DNA from: Escherichia phage teqhad
Length of the DNA stretch: 64,000 nt
Sequence record: NC_054933.1
Direction: 5' to 3' (one strand)
Position numbers and translations under genes: made by a program. The notes beneath the pieces were generated by a model that was given only the letters and a program-made list of their open reading frames with translations, searched no databases and was not told where the DNA came from. Positions within the stretch are counted from its first letter, which is position 1, and each line of letters begins with the position of its first letter. This document shows positions 49,291-59,709 of this stretch, one piece after another.

Positions 49291-49569
49291 TCAAAATGTA
49301 ATTTCTAACCAATCACCATCACGCTGATCACTATTGACTTTAAAATTAAATCCTTCTTTTCTCAGCCAATCACCAATTTCTTCAGTAATCAATTTATCGC
49401 GAGCAGTACAATAATAACTAAAATATGTTTTACCTTGTTCAGCTGCTTTATTAGCAAGTTCCGAAAAATCTTTAATAAAACACTCTAGCTTAAACTGTTT
49501 ACTTTTAAGTGCTTTTTCACGTAATTGATTAGCAAAAGATTCATTTTCATAAAAATCATACTGTTCCAT
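49291..49569 (-). CDS. hypothetical protein (T4 24.2 position)
   Basis: 92 aa ORF. Confidence 0.55.
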   Translation of the reverse strand: MEQYDFYENESFANQLREKALKSKQFKLECFIKDFSELANKAAEQGKTYFSYYCTARDKLITEEIGDWLRKEGFNFKVNSDQRDGDWLEITF

Positions 49570-49771
49570 TTTTCACCTTTTTATTAATATGTCTTTTTCT
49601 ATAGACAACTTTTTCTCGAGTTTCAAATTTATTCTTAGCAGTCATAGCTCGAGCCCATAATACAGCCACTTCTTTTGCCTGTAAGTTCAATTCACGAGCA
49701 ATTTCAATGAATGACTTTCCAGACTCATGAAGAGTAAACACCACAACTTCAGTTCTCATAATCAATCTCAT
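49556..49771 (-). CDS. small protein with possible helix-turn-helix (T4 24.3 position)
   Basis: 71 aa; SGKSFIEIARELNLQAKEVAVLWARA resembles an HTH. Confidence 0.5.
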   Translation of the reverse strand: MRLIMRTEVVVFTLHESGKSFIEIARELNLQAKEVAVLWARAMTAKNKFETREKVVYRKRHINKKVKNGTV

Positions 49772-49839
49772 GTTATCGAGTTGGTGCCATTATATACATC
49801 ATTTTCTGAGTGTGTTTTGTGTGCTTTCAAAATGAAGAA

Positions 49840-49858
49840 AGGGGCCGAAGCCCCTTAT
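49840..49858 (-). terminator. terminator after hoc
   Basis: Plus-strand aggggccgaagcccct; the minus strand has the hairpin followed by tttcttcatttt. Confidence 0.6.
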
Positions 49859-49860
49859 GA

Positions 49861-50991
49861 TTATGGATAGGTATAGATGATACCAGTTTCTAAAGCAGTT
49901 TTATGAATGATGTATCCATTACGTGATTCTTGAACATCAACTTCTGGATAGTCTTTCATCATCTTCTGAAGAGTGTAACGATGCAGGTAGTATTTACTAT
50001 CTGGATCTTCAGTTTTCCAATCTTTACCTTCTTCGGTCATTTTTTGGATTTCATCCATAACCCACCAACCGCACCAGATATAAGCCGAAGTACGATGTGG
50101 AAGAGGATGAACATAAGGCAATTCACCTTCTGGTTCTGGAGCAACTTTATCAGTCACTTGAACTTGACCTTCTGCTGTGATAGTTTTGCTATCATAATCA
50201 GTGGCAGTAACAGTTGCAGTAACTTCAATAGTTTGACTTCCAATAGATGATGTATCAACGGTGTATACATTAGTTGACCCTTCTACAGGAGAAGAATCTT
50301 TCTTCCATGAGTATTCGATTTGTGCTTCTTCTGGAGCATCAGTGACATTAGCAGTAAATGTAGCCGAAGCATCTTGCTGAACGTTAATAGAAGCAGGAGT
50401 CAATGTAACCTGCGGATTCATTGTTTTCTTATTAACTGTCAATGATACTTCATTAGAAGTAACTTCCTTTTCATTATAATTTTCAGCCGTTACTTGGGCT
50501 ACACACTTGATTTTTTTAACTCCGCTTGTGTCAGGAGTGTAATTGAATGTAGCGTCAGTTGCTTCGTCTACAGGAGAACCGTCAACGTACCATTGATACG
50601 TAGCGTTTGCACCTGATGGCTGTGAAGCTAAGGCAGCGGTAAATTCAATTGGAGTTCCAATCACTCCAGCATCAGGGCTACCAGGAGTTACAGCTAAAGT
50701 AGTTGTTTGTGTCTTATTTTGAACTGTGATAGTTGTACTAATTTCAGCTGTTTCAGGTTCAGATTCTGCAACTTGATTGGTTGCAACTACTTTAATAGTC
50801 TTTTGACCGGCAGGTCCTTTTAGTACATAACTAAAAGTTGCTGACGTTTCTTCCTGTGGAGCGTCGTCTACAGTCCAAGCATATGTAATAGGTCCATCTC
50901 CAGTTTGACCACTGGGTGTAGCAGTAAACTGCTGAGTCTGATCTATAACTCCAGTAGGTGTTTTAGGAGTTATATCAACTGTAAAAGTCAT
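49861..50991 (-). CDS. hoc: highly immunogenic outer capsid protein (Ig-like domains)
   Basis: 376 aa, Thr/Val-rich Ig-like repeats. Confidence 0.93.
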   Translation of the reverse strand: MTFTVDITPKTPTGVIDQTQQFTATPSGQTGDGPITYAWTVDDAPQEETSATFSYVLKGPAGQKTIKVVATNQVAESEPETAEISTTITVQNKTQTTTLAVTPGSPDAGVIGTPIEFTAALASQPSGANATYQWYVDGSPVDEATDATFNYTPDTSGVKKIKCVAQVTAENYNEKEVTSNEVSLTVNKKTMNPQVTLTPASINVQQDASATFTANVTDAPEEAQIEYSWKKDSSPVEGSTNVYTVDTSSIGSQTIEVTATVTATDYDSKTITAEGQVQVTDKVAPEPEGELPYVHPLPHRTSAYIWCGWWVMDEIQKMTEEGKDWKTEDPDSKYYLHRYTLQKMMKDYPEVDVQESRNGYIIHKTALETGIIYTYP

Positions 50992-51000
50992 AAGTTATCC

Positions 51001-51681
51001 TTATTTTAATGTTACGAAAGAAGAATTGCGTGTTTCACGAATTAAAACTGATCCGTCACGGTTAATGTAATAAATTAAGCTAAATAATGTTTGGTGTGCA
51101 GAAGCATGCTCAAAACTAGTTGGGTGAGATTTCCAATCCGGAGTTTCAGCGATCCATTGATAAATCCACCAAGGAACAGTACAGAATCCTGGATTTTTTC
51201 CAATCAGCTGAAGATTCGGGCTAAAGTTTTCCGGAAGAGTAAATACAGACGGCTTTTCAGATTCAATAATCTCAGCTACAGCCTGTTCAAACTTTTCTTC
51301 AACAAAGGGAGTATCTTCAATCAAAACGTCGGTATTTTCAGGAATTTTATCCGTTTCTACTACTTCAATTTTAATGTCAGATTTAACTGGAGAATCAATC
51401 AGAAGTGCTGCTTCTGGATTGACTTCTTCATCGTCATATTTTAATCCCTCTGCAGCATCAGCAGCATCAATTAAGTCTTTAATAGATAACCCATCAGTCT
51501 CTGGCATAGGTTCACTAGCGAGCTTCTGGAGAGCTTCTTCAATATCAACAACGATATTATCAAAAGATTTATTCTTTTTGACCTTTATACCAAACTGTTC
51601 AGCATATTCAGCTAATTTAGCTTTAGCTTCTTTATTATCATCAAGAGCCTTCAGCTCTGCAATATAATCTTTATCTATCAT
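51001..51681 (-). CDS. inh: inhibitor of prohead protease
   Basis: 226 aa, T4 position between hoc and uvsW. Confidence 0.85.
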   Translation of the reverse strand: MIDKDYIAELKALDDNKEAKAKLAEYAEQFGIKVKKNKSFDNIVVDIEEALQKLASEPMPETDGLSIKDLIDAADAAEGLKYDDEEVNPEAALLIDSPVKSDIKIEVVETDKIPENTDVLIEDTPFVEEKFEQAVAEIIESEKPSVFTLPENFSPNLQLIGKNPGFCTVPWWIYQWIAETPDWKSHPTSFEHASAHQTLFSLIYYINRDGSVLIRETRNSSFVTLK

Positions 51682-51694
51682 AATATTTCCTCAG

Positions 51695-51702
51695 TATAAA
51701 TA
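51695..51702 (+). promoter_or_regulatory. late promoter TATAAATA upstream of uvsW
   Basis: TATAAATA about 30 nt before the uvsW ATG. Confidence 0.55.
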
Positions 51703-51731
51703 TAGATATATTTATTACATGGTATTTAGAC

Positions 51732-53243
51732 ATGACTGACATTAAAGTACATTTTTATGATTTTAGTCACGTGAGAATTGATTGTGAAGAAAGTACATTT
51801 CATGAACTCCGTGATTTCTTTAGCTTTGAAGCTGATGGGTATCGTTTTAATCCGAAATACAAATATGGCCACTGGGATGGACGAATCCGTCTTTTAGATT
51901 ATAATCGTCTTCTTCCATTCGGCTTAGTCGGGCAAATTAAAAAGTTCTGTGATAACTTTGGCTATAAAGCCTGGATTGACCCACAAATTAACGAAAAAGA
52001 AGAATTATCAAGAAAAGATTTTGATGAATGGCTTTCTAAATTAGAAATCTATTCAGGAAATAAAAGAATTGAACCACACTGGTATCAAAAAGATGCAGTG
52101 TTCGAAGGATTAGTTAATCGTCGTAGAATTCTTAATCTTCCAACATCCGCTGGTAAATCGTTAATTCAAGCTTTGCTTGCGCGATATTATTTGGAAAATT
52201 ATGAAGGTAAAATTCTTATCATTGTTCCAACAACTGCTCTGACAACTCAGATGGCTGATGACTTTGTTGATTATCGTTTATTCAGTCATGCAATGATAAA
52301 GAAAATTGGTGGAGGAGCATCAAAAGATGATAAATATAAAAATGATGCACCAGTCGTTGTTGGTACATGGCAAACTGTAGTAAAACAACCGAAAGAATGG
52401 TTCTCACAGTTTGGAATGATGATGAATGATGAATGCCATCTTGCTACAGGAAAAAGTATTTCATCTATCATATCAGGTTTAAATAACTGCATGTTCAAAT
52501 TCGGTTTGTCTGGTTCATTACGTGACGGCAAAGCTAATATCATGCAGTATGTTGGAATGTTCGGTGAAATATTTAAGCCAGTAACGACTTCTAAATTAAT
52601 GGAAGATGGACAAGTAACTGAGCTAAAAATTAATAGTATTTTTCTTCGCTATCCAGATGAGTTCACTACTAAATTAAAGGGAAAAACTTACCAAGAAGAA
52701 ATAAAAATTATTACTGGGCTCAGTAAAAGAAATAAATGGATCGCTAAATTAGCTATTAAGCTTGCGCAAAAAGATGAAAACGCTTTTGTCATGTTTAAAC
52801 ATGTATCGCATGGTAAAGCTATTTTCGATTTAATTAAAAATGAATACGATAAAGTTTATTACGTATCAGGGGAAGTTGATACCGAAACCCGCAATATAAT
52901 GAAAACCTTAGCTGAAAATGGTAAAGGAATAATTATAGTAGCTAGTTATGGTGTATTTTCTACTGGTATTTCAGTTAAAAATCTGCATCACGTTGTTTTA
53001 GCGCACGGTGTTAAATCAAAAATCATTGTATTACAAACAATCGGTCGTGTATTACGTAAGCATGGTTCTAAAACAATCGCAACCGTCTGGGACCTCATAG
53101 ATGATTGTGGTGTTAAGCCAAAATCTGCTAATACGAAAAAGAAATATGTTCATTTGAACTATCTTTTAAAACACGGCATTGATCGTATTCAGCGCTACGC
53201 AGATGAAAAATTTAATTACGTAATGAAAACAGTTAATTTATAA
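51732..53243 (+). CDS. uvsW: UvsW SF2 helicase
   Basis: 503 aa; Walker A LPTSAGKS; DECH box. Confidence 0.93.
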   Translation: MTDIKVHFYDFSHVRIDCEESTFHELRDFFSFEADGYRFNPKYKYGHWDGRIRLLDYNRLLPFGLVGQIKKFCDNFGYKAWIDPQINEKEELSRKDFDEWLSKLEIYSGNKRIEPHWYQKDAVFEGLVNRRRILNLPTSAGKSLIQALLARYYLENYEGKILIIVPTTALTTQMADDFVDYRLFSHAMIKKIGGGASKDDKYKNDAPVVVGTWQTVVKQPKEWFSQFGMMMNDECHLATGKSISSIISGLNNCMFKFGLSGSLRDGKANIMQYVGMFGEIFKPVTTSKLMEDGQVTELKINSIFLRYPDEFTTKLKGKTYQEEIKIITGLSKRNKWIAKLAIKLAQKDENAFVMFKHVSHGKAIFDLIKNEYDKVYYVSGEVDTETRNIMKTLAENGKGIIIVASYGVFSTGISVKNLHHVVLAHGVKSKIIVLQTIGRVLRKHGSKTIATVWDLIDDCGVKPKSANTKKKYVHLNYLLKHGIDRIQRYADEKFNYVMKTVNL

Positions 53244-53256
53244 GGGCTTCGGCCCT

Positions 53257-53499
53257 TTGGAGAAAAAGATGTTACTAGAATTTAAACAATTTCTTTATGA
53301 AGCTTCTATTGATGAATTTATGGGTAAAATTGCCTCTTGTCAAACATTAGAAGGTTTAGAAGAACTTGAAGCTTATTATAAGAAAAGAGTCAAAGAAACT
53401 GAATTAAAAGATACTGATGACATCTCTGTGAGAGATGCTTTGGCAGGAAAAAGAGCTGAATTAGAAGATTCAGATGATGAAGTAGAAGAAAGCTTTTAA
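53257..53499 (+). CDS. uvsW.1: UvsW.1 small acidic protein
   Basis: 80 aa ORF immediately after uvsW. Confidence 0.8.
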   Translation: MEKKMLLEFKQFLYEASIDEFMGKIASCQTLEGLEELEAYYKKRVKETELKDTDDISVRDALAGKRAELEDSDDEVEESF

Positions 53500-53555
53500 A
53501 TTAAAAAAGGCCCAACCAAAAAGGAAGGGCCAAAACTATAGACTAAAGGTCACAC

Positions 53556-53722
53556 TATAGCAAAAGTTGTGTTTCATTTAATTGTTCTTCCGAACTTTCT
53601 GAAACTGGTAGTTCTTTAATGTAATTATAGCAAGGCCCGGGATGTACAGGACCTTTGTCTGTTTCAACAACCAATGCAGAATCGATTGGAGTTTTACAGA
53701 CAACACAAATCTTATCTGACAT
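53556..53722 (-). CDS. small zinc-ribbon-like protein (uvsY.-2 position), missed by the ORF track
   Basis: About 55 aa: MSDKICVVCKTPIDSALVVETDKGPVHPGPCYNYIKELPVSESSEEQLNETQLLL; coordinates uncertain by about 2 nt. Confidence 0.45.
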
Positions 53723-53750
53723 GATTGTCTCCTCTGAATTATATATCTAT

Positions 53751-53975
53751 TTATACAACTCTCATATGCATATCAATGCCCATATCTTTAGAATAAAAAT
53801 ATTCATCAAGATATCCGGCAAATTTTCCTTTAATATAAAGGACATCTTCACCACACGGGTGGTCGGCCAGGATACGAATATCCTGGCGCTTAAGATTATG
53901 CTTTTTCATTAAGAATTGAATTTCCGTTTCAAATTCTTCTTCATAATTAAAAGCATCATCAATGCTATATCTCAT
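53751..53975 (-). CDS. hypothetical protein (uvsY.-1 position)
   Basis: 74 aa ORF. Confidence 0.6.
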   Translation of the reverse strand: MRYSIDDAFNYEEEFETEIQFLMKKHNLKRQDIRILADHPCGEDVLYIKGKFAGYLDEYFYSKDMGIDMHMRVV

Positions 53976-54388
53976 TATTTTCCAGCCTCAAATGCTCGCA
54001 TGTCTTGAATATGCTTAATAGCAAATCCACGCGATTTAATAGCATCAAGAGCTCCGCTACAAAAATCCAATAAAATTCCCCAATACTGTAACGAGGTATC
54101 AACCTTTAAAACATCCTTATCCGCTGATAGAACTGTCTTCATTTCTGATTTCTCGTAACGATCCATACTAAATTCATCACCATCTCCTCGTCCCGAGTAG
54201 TAGTCTAATTTAGCTTTAAGAGCAACTTTTTTCTGTGCATCAATTCTAAGCATTTCCTTTTTAATACTTGAATGCTTATTAAGCCATTTACTATATAACA
54301 TCACATTATTAGCTGCTTCATACTGTAATTTAGTCGAATCTATAAACACATCTTTCTTCAATTCTTCTTGAAGATCTTCTAATCTCAT
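53975..54388 (-). CDS. uvsY: recombination mediator UvsY
   Basis: 137 aa. Confidence 0.93.
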   Translation of the reverse strand: MRLEDLQEELKKDVFIDSTKLQYEAANNVMLYSKWLNKHSSIKKEMLRIDAQKKVALKAKLDYYSGRGDGDEFSMDRYEKSEMKTVLSADKDVLKVDTSLQYWGILLDFCSGALDAIKSRGFAIKHIQDMRAFEAGK

Positions 54389-54454
54389 ATTGTTCTCTAT
54401 TCAATTGTTATTGGATGGACTTAGATTCATTATACCACGTTTATACGTGAAGCA

Positions 54455-54853
54455 TTATACTCTATTACTGGAAGCCAGTTGTAGTTTTATCTGCTCAATG
54501 TCATCAGGGTTATCAATGACCGAAAAGCGTATTTCTACTATCAGAGTATAATCATCATAAACTGGTATAACATTAACTGCTAATTTATCAATACGTGGCT
54601 CATAGTTTCTTACTGCGCTTTCGATATTGCGCTCAACTGTGTCAGCAGTAAGAGGAGTCATATTTTCAAAAAGCTGGTCTGATAAATCACATCCAAATTC
54701 AGGGTCAAACGGTCTTGAACCTTTTCTTGTTGTAATAATTCCCAAAAGACTGTTTTTAATTGACCTTAATCCAAGTGATCTGGAAACGTCTTTGTTCCAA
54801 TCCATTTTCATCTCTGGGTCAATATCAGAATAAAGCTTATTAATATTTGCCAT
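54455..54853 (-). CDS. 25: baseplate wedge protein gp25
   Basis: 132 aa. Confidence 0.95.
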   Translation of the reverse strand: MANINKLYSDIDPEMKMDWNKDVSRSLGLRSIKNSLLGIITTRKGSRPFDPEFGCDLSDQLFENMTPLTADTVERNIESAVRNYEPRIDKLAVNVIPVYDDYTLIVEIRFSVIDNPDDIEQIKLQLASSNRV

Positions 54854-55479
54854 TACAATAGCTCAAAGAATTCTTTGAGTCCTCTTATTACATGAGCGTG
54901 AGTTTTTCCACACTCTGGACACTTAATTGGAACAGCCAAATAAACAGTAGGCTTTAAAAGCATATCTTTTATAGCTACAATATCTGACTCTGTGATGATA
55001 GAATATAAATCTTCCAGTTCTTTTTCATTTAAGTCTTCAACTGGAATGCTTTCCCCGTTAGCATGAATCGTTTCTATACATGATACTATCATGTGGGCTA
55101 TATTTTTATCATCAAAAATTTTAGGGTAATGGAATTTAATTTTAATGTCACCCAGTGTATACCAGAGGTCTTCTGGTGCATCTATTTGTGTATGTAATAG
55201 ATTTATATGGGTTGGTATTTCAGTTCCACAGGTGCACTTCCAGGAATTTTCGTGATTAACTTCACCAAGAGAATGTGCCCATAAATGAATCAACAATAGT
55301 TCTGATTCTTGGCGGTTTAAATCTTTTGCATTTGTGCAGTCTTTGATTAGCTTTTTAACAATTACTTCTACGGAACCATTATTTTTGGCAGTAATAAGTT
55401 CTAGATATTCTTTAAGCGTGAATGCGCGACAATTGATTATTTTAGAACCAACTCTCACATCAAATTTATATTCATACAT
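54853..55479 (-). CDS. 26: baseplate hub protein gp26
   Basis: 208 aa. Confidence 0.9.
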   Translation of the reverse strand: MYEYKFDVRVGSKIINCRAFTLKEYLELITAKNNGSVEVIVKKLIKDCTNAKDLNRQESELLLIHLWAHSLGEVNHENSWKCTCGTEIPTHINLLHTQIDAPEDLWYTLGDIKIKFHYPKIFDDKNIAHMIVSCIETIHANGESIPVEDLNEKELEDLYSIITESDIVAIKDMLLKPTVYLAVPIKCPECGKTHAHVIRGLKEFFELL

Positions 55480-55504
55480 ATTTAGCTCCTTTATTTATCA
55501 TATT

Positions 55505-55512
55505 TATAAATA
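55505..55512 (+). promoter_or_regulatory. late promoter TATAAATA upstream of gene 51
   Basis: TATAAATA about 18 nt before the ATG. Confidence 0.6.
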
Positions 55513-55529
55513 GAATAAAAGGAGCATCT

Positions 55530-56279
55530 ATGGCAAACATTATTCGTTGTAAATTACCAGATGGTGTTCATCGTTTTAAACCATTTACGGTAGAAGATTA
55601 TCGAGATTTTTTGTTAGTTCGAAACGATATAGAACATCGGTCACCACAAGAACAAAAAGAAATAATTACTGATTTAATTGATGATTATTTTGGAGACTAT
55701 CCGAAGACTTGGCAACCATTTATATTTTTGCAGGTATTTGTAGGTTCAATAGGTAAAACTAAAGTACCCGTCACATTTGTATGTCCAAAATGTAAAAAAG
55801 AAAAGACAGTTCCATTTGAAATATATCAAAAAGAATTAAAGGAACCTGTTTTTGATGTAGCTAATGTTAAAATTAAATTAAAGTTTCCTTCTGAGTTTTA
55901 TGAAAATAAAGCAAAGATGATTACTGAAAATATTCATTCTGTTCAAGTAGATGAAATATGGTATGATTGGAAGGAAATTAGTGAATCAAGCCAAATAGAA
56001 CTTGTTGATGCCATCGAGATAGAAACATTAGAAAAAATTCTCGATGCAATGAATCCTATTAATTTAACTCTACATATGTCATGCTGTAATAAGTACATTA
56101 AAAAATACACTGATATAGTAGACGTGTTTAAGCTATTAGTTAACCCAGATGAGATATTTACTTTTTATCAAATTAATCACACACTCGTAAAAAGTAATTA
56201 TAGCTTAAATTCAATAATGAAAATGATTCCTGCCGAGCGCGGATTCGTATTAAAACTGATTGAGAAGGATAAACAATAA
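55530..56279 (+). CDS. 51: baseplate hub assembly catalyst gp51
   Basis: 249 aa. Confidence 0.9.
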   Translation: MANIIRCKLPDGVHRFKPFTVEDYRDFLLVRNDIEHRSPQEQKEIITDLIDDYFGDYPKTWQPFIFLQVFVGSIGKTKVPVTFVCPKCKKEKTVPFEIYQKELKEPVFDVANVKIKLKFPSEFYENKAKMITENIHSVQVDEIWYDWKEISESSQIELVDAIEIETLEKILDAMNPINLTLHMSCCNKYIKKYTDIVDVFKLLVNPDEIFTFYQINHTLVKSNYSLNSIMKMIPAERGFVLKLIEKDKQ

Positions 56280-57454
56280 TGAGTATGTTGCAACGCCCCG
56301 GATATCCAAATCTCAGCGTTAAATTATTTGATAGCTACGACGCTTGGAGTAATAATAGATTTGTTGAATTAGCTGCTACTATTACCACATTAACTATGCG
56401 GGATTCTCTTTATGGACGAAATGAAGGAATGCTGCAGTTTTATGATTCTAAAAATATCCACACAAAAATGGATGGAAATGAAATAATTCAAATTTCTGTA
56501 GCTAATGCAAACGATATTAATAATGTTAAAACACGAATTTATGGATGCAAGCATTTTTCCGTGTCAGTAGATTCAAAAGGTGATAACATCATTGCTATTG
56601 AATTGGGAACTATTCATTCTATAGAAAATCTTAAATTTGGTAGACCATTTTTCCCTGATGCAGGTGAATCTATAAAAGAAATGCTTGGTGTCATTTATCA
56701 AGACCGCACATTATTAACTCCAGCAATAAATGCTATAAATGCTTATGTTCCTGATATTCCATGGACTAGCACATTTGAAAACTATTTGTCATATGTAAGA
56801 GAAGTTGCTCTAGCTGTAGGAAGCGACAAATTTGTATTTGTATGGCAAGACATCATGGGAGTTAACATGATGGACTATGATATGATGATAAATCAAGAAC
56901 CATATCCAATGATTGTCGGTGAGCCATCTTTAATAGGTCAATTTGTCCAAGAATTAAAATACCCATTAGCATATGATTTTGTTTGGTTGACTAAATCGAA
57001 TCCTCACAAACGTGACCCAATGAAAAATGCTACTATCTATGCTCATTCATTTTTAGATTCTTCACTGCCAATGATTACTACAGGAAAGGGCGAAAACTCT
57101 ATTGTGGTGTCAAGGTCAGGTGCTTATTCTGAAATGACTTATAGGAATGGATATGAAGAAGCTATTCGTCTTCAAACTATGGCACAATATGACGGCTATG
57201 CTAAATGTTCTACTGTCGGTAATTTTAACTTGACTCCTGGTGTTAAAATTATTTTTAATGATAGTAAAAACCAATTTAAAACAGAATTTTACGTTGATGA
57301 AGTTATCCATGAATTATCAAATAATAATTCAGTAACTCATCTATATATGTTCACTAATGCAACGAAACTGGAAACAATAGACCCAGTTAAGGTTAAAAAT
57401 GAATTTAAATCTGATACTACCACTGAAGAAAGTAGTTCTTCCAATAAGCAATAA
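56279..57454 (+). CDS. 27: baseplate hub protein gp27
   Basis: 391 aa. Confidence 0.95.
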   Translation: MSMLQRPGYPNLSVKLFDSYDAWSNNRFVELAATITTLTMRDSLYGRNEGMLQFYDSKNIHTKMDGNEIIQISVANANDINNVKTRIYGCKHFSVSVDSKGDNIIAIELGTIHSIENLKFGRPFFPDAGESIKEMLGVIYQDRTLLTPAINAINAYVPDIPWTSTFENYLSYVREVALAVGSDKFVFVWQDIMGVNMMDYDMMINQEPYPMIVGEPSLIGQFVQELKYPLAYDFVWLTKSNPHKRDPMKNATIYAHSFLDSSLPMITTGKGENSIVVSRSGAYSEMTYRNGYEEAIRLQTMAQYDGYAKCSTVGNFNLTPGVKIIFNDSKNQFKTEFYVDEVIHELSNNNSVTHLYMFTNATKLETIDPVKVKNEFKSDTTTEESSSSNKQ

Positions 57455-57932
57455 AGAAGTTTCTATTCCTAAAATGGGTCTTAAACATTATAACATTTTA
57501 AAGGATGTTAAAGGTCCTGATGAAAATTTAAAACTTCTTATTGATTCTATTTGTCCGAATTTATCACCGGCAGAAGTTGATTTCGTTTCTATTCATTTAT
57601 TGGAATTTAATGGAAAGATTAAATCTCGTAAAGAAATAGATGGCTATACTTATGACATTAATGATGTCTATGTATGCCAAAGATTAGAATTTCAATACCA
57701 AGGAAATACATTTTATTTTAGACCTCCTGGAAAATTTGAACAATTTTTAACGGTGAGCGATATGTTATCCAAATGCTTGCTTAAGGTCAATGATGAAGTT
57801 AAAGAAATTAATTTTCTTGAGATGCCAGCATTCGTTTTAAAATGGGCAAATGATATTTTTACAACTTTAGCAATTCCTGGCCCTAATGGTCCAATAACCG
57901 GAATTGGCAATATTATTGGATTATTTGAATGA
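57399..57932 (+). CDS. 28: baseplate hub distal protein gp28
   Basis: 177 aa; overlaps the gp27 3' end. Confidence 0.9.
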   Translation: MNLNLILPLKKVVLPISNKEVSIPKMGLKHYNILKDVKGPDENLKLLIDSICPNLSPAEVDFVSIHLLEFNGKIKSRKEIDGYTYDINDVYVCQRLEFQYQGNTFYFRPPGKFEQFLTVSDMLSKCLLKVNDEVKEINFLEMPAFVLKWANDIFTTLAIPGPNGPITGIGNIIGLFE

Positions 57933-59701
57933 AAAAGCCACAAGAAATGCAAACGATGCGTAGAAAAGTTATTTCAGATAATAAACCAACACAGGAAGCG
58001 GCTAAATCCGCTTCCAACACTTTATCTGGACTTAACGATATATCTACGAAATTGGATGATGCTCAAGCTGCCTCTGAATTAATAGCTCAAACTGTCGAAG
58101 AAAAATCGAATGAAATAGTTGGAGCAATTGACAACGTTGAAAGCGCAGTGAGTGATACTACCGCAGGTTCTGAGTTAATTGCCGAGACTGTTGAAATTGG
58201 CAATAATATCAATAAAGAAATCGGTGAATCACTCGGGAGCAAATTAGATAAATTAACAAGTTTACTAGAGCAAAAAATCCAGACAGCTGGAATTCAACAG
58301 ACTGGGACTAGTTTAGCTACAGTTGAAAGCGCTATTCCTGTTAAAGTCGTTGAAGATGATACTGCTGAATCTGTGGGTCCTTTATTACCGGCTCCCGAAG
58401 CAGTTAATAATGATCCTGATGCTGATTTTTTCCCGACCCCTCAGCCAGTTGAGCCAAAGCAAGAATCACCAGAAGAAAAACAGAAAAAAGAAGCATTTAA
58501 CTTAAAATTATCTCAAGCTTTAGATAAATTAACAAAGACAGTTGATTTTGGATTTAAGAAATCTATTTCAATTACTGATAAAATATCAAGCATGCTATTT
58601 AAGTACACCGTCAGTGCTGCTATTGAAGCTGCTAAAATGACTGCAATGATATTGGCTGTTGTTGTTGGAATAGACCTGTTGATGGTTCATTTTAAATACT
58701 GGTCAGATAAATTTTCAAAAGCCTGGGATTTATTTAATACTGACTTTACTAAATTCTCTAGCGAAACCGGAACATGGGGTCCTTTATTACAGAGCATCTT
58801 TGATTCTATTGATAAAATTAAACAACTTTGGGAAGCGGGAGATTGGAGTGGATTAACAGTAGCTATTGTTGAAGGGCTTGGAAAGGTTCTTTTTAATTTA
58901 GGAGAGCTTATTCAATTAGGTATGGCTAAATTATCTGCGGCAATTCTTCGAGTTATTCCTGGTATGAAAGATACCGCTGATGAAGTAGAAGGAAGAGCGC
59001 TGGAAAATTTCCAAAATTCTACTGGAGCATCTCTCAATAAAGAAGACCAGGAAAAAGTTGCAAATTATCAAGATAAACGAATGAACGGAGACCTTGGTCC
59101 GATAGCAAAAGGATTAGATAAAATTGCTAATTGGAAAACTCGTGCATCTAATTGGATTCGTGGGGTTGATAATAAAGAAGCACTAACTACCGACGAAGAA
59201 CGTGCAGCAGAAGAAGAAAAATTAAAGCAACTTTCACCTGAAGAAAGAAAAAATGCTTTAATGAAGGCTAATGAAGCCCGTGCCGCAATGATTCGCTTTG
59301 AAAAATATGCTGATTCAGCTGATATGAGTAAAGACTCAACGGTTAAATCTGTTGAATCTGCCTATGAAGACCTTAAAAAACGGATGGATGACCCGGATTT
59401 AAATAATTCACCGGCAGTTAAAAAAGAACTTGCTGCTAGATTTTCTAAAATTGATGCTACTTATCAAGAGCTCAAGAAAAATCAGCCTAATGCCAAACCT
59501 GAAACTTCTGCTAAATCGCCAGAAGCAAAACAAGTCCAGGTAATAGAAAAGAACAAAGCACAGCAAGCTCCTGTTCAACAAGCATCTCCTTCAATCAACA
59601 ATACTAATAATGTTATTAAGAAAAATACTGTCGTTCATAATATGACACCTGTCACAAGCACGACTGCTCCTGGTGTATTTGATGCGACTGGAGTTAATTA
59701 A
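57929..59701 (+). CDS. 29: tail tape-measure / baseplate hub protein gp29
   Basis: 590 aa. Confidence 0.95.
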   Translation: MKKPQEMQTMRRKVISDNKPTQEAAKSASNTLSGLNDISTKLDDAQAASELIAQTVEEKSNEIVGAIDNVESAVSDTTAGSELIAETVEIGNNINKEIGESLGSKLDKLTSLLEQKIQTAGIQQTGTSLATVESAIPVKVVEDDTAESVGPLLPAPEAVNNDPDADFFPTPQPVEPKQESPEEKQKKEAFNLKLSQALDKLTKTVDFGFKKSISITDKISSMLFKYTVSAAIEAAKMTAMILAVVVGIDLLMVHFKYWSDKFSKAWDLFNTDFTKFSSETGTWGPLLQSIFDSIDKIKQLWEAGDWSGLTVAIVEGLGKVLFNLGELIQLGMAKLSAAILRVIPGMKDTADEVEGRALENFQNSTGASLNKEDQEKVANYQDKRMNGDLGPIAKGLDKIANWKTRASNWIRGVDNKEALTTDEERAAEEEKLKQLSPEERKNALMKANEARAAMIRFEKYADSADMSKDSTVKSVESAYEDLKKRMDDPDLNNSPAVKKELAARFSKIDATYQELKKNQPNAKPETSAKSPEAKQVQVIEKNKAQQAPVQQASPSINNTNNVIKKNTVVHNMTPVTSTTAPGVFDATGVN

Positions 59702-59709
59702 GGAATAAT

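Noticed and set aside
53655-53912. Plus-strand 85-aa ORF between uvsW.1 and uvsY
   Set aside because: Low-complexity peptide antisense to two minus-strand small genes; it also appears to start at TTG. Probably spurious.
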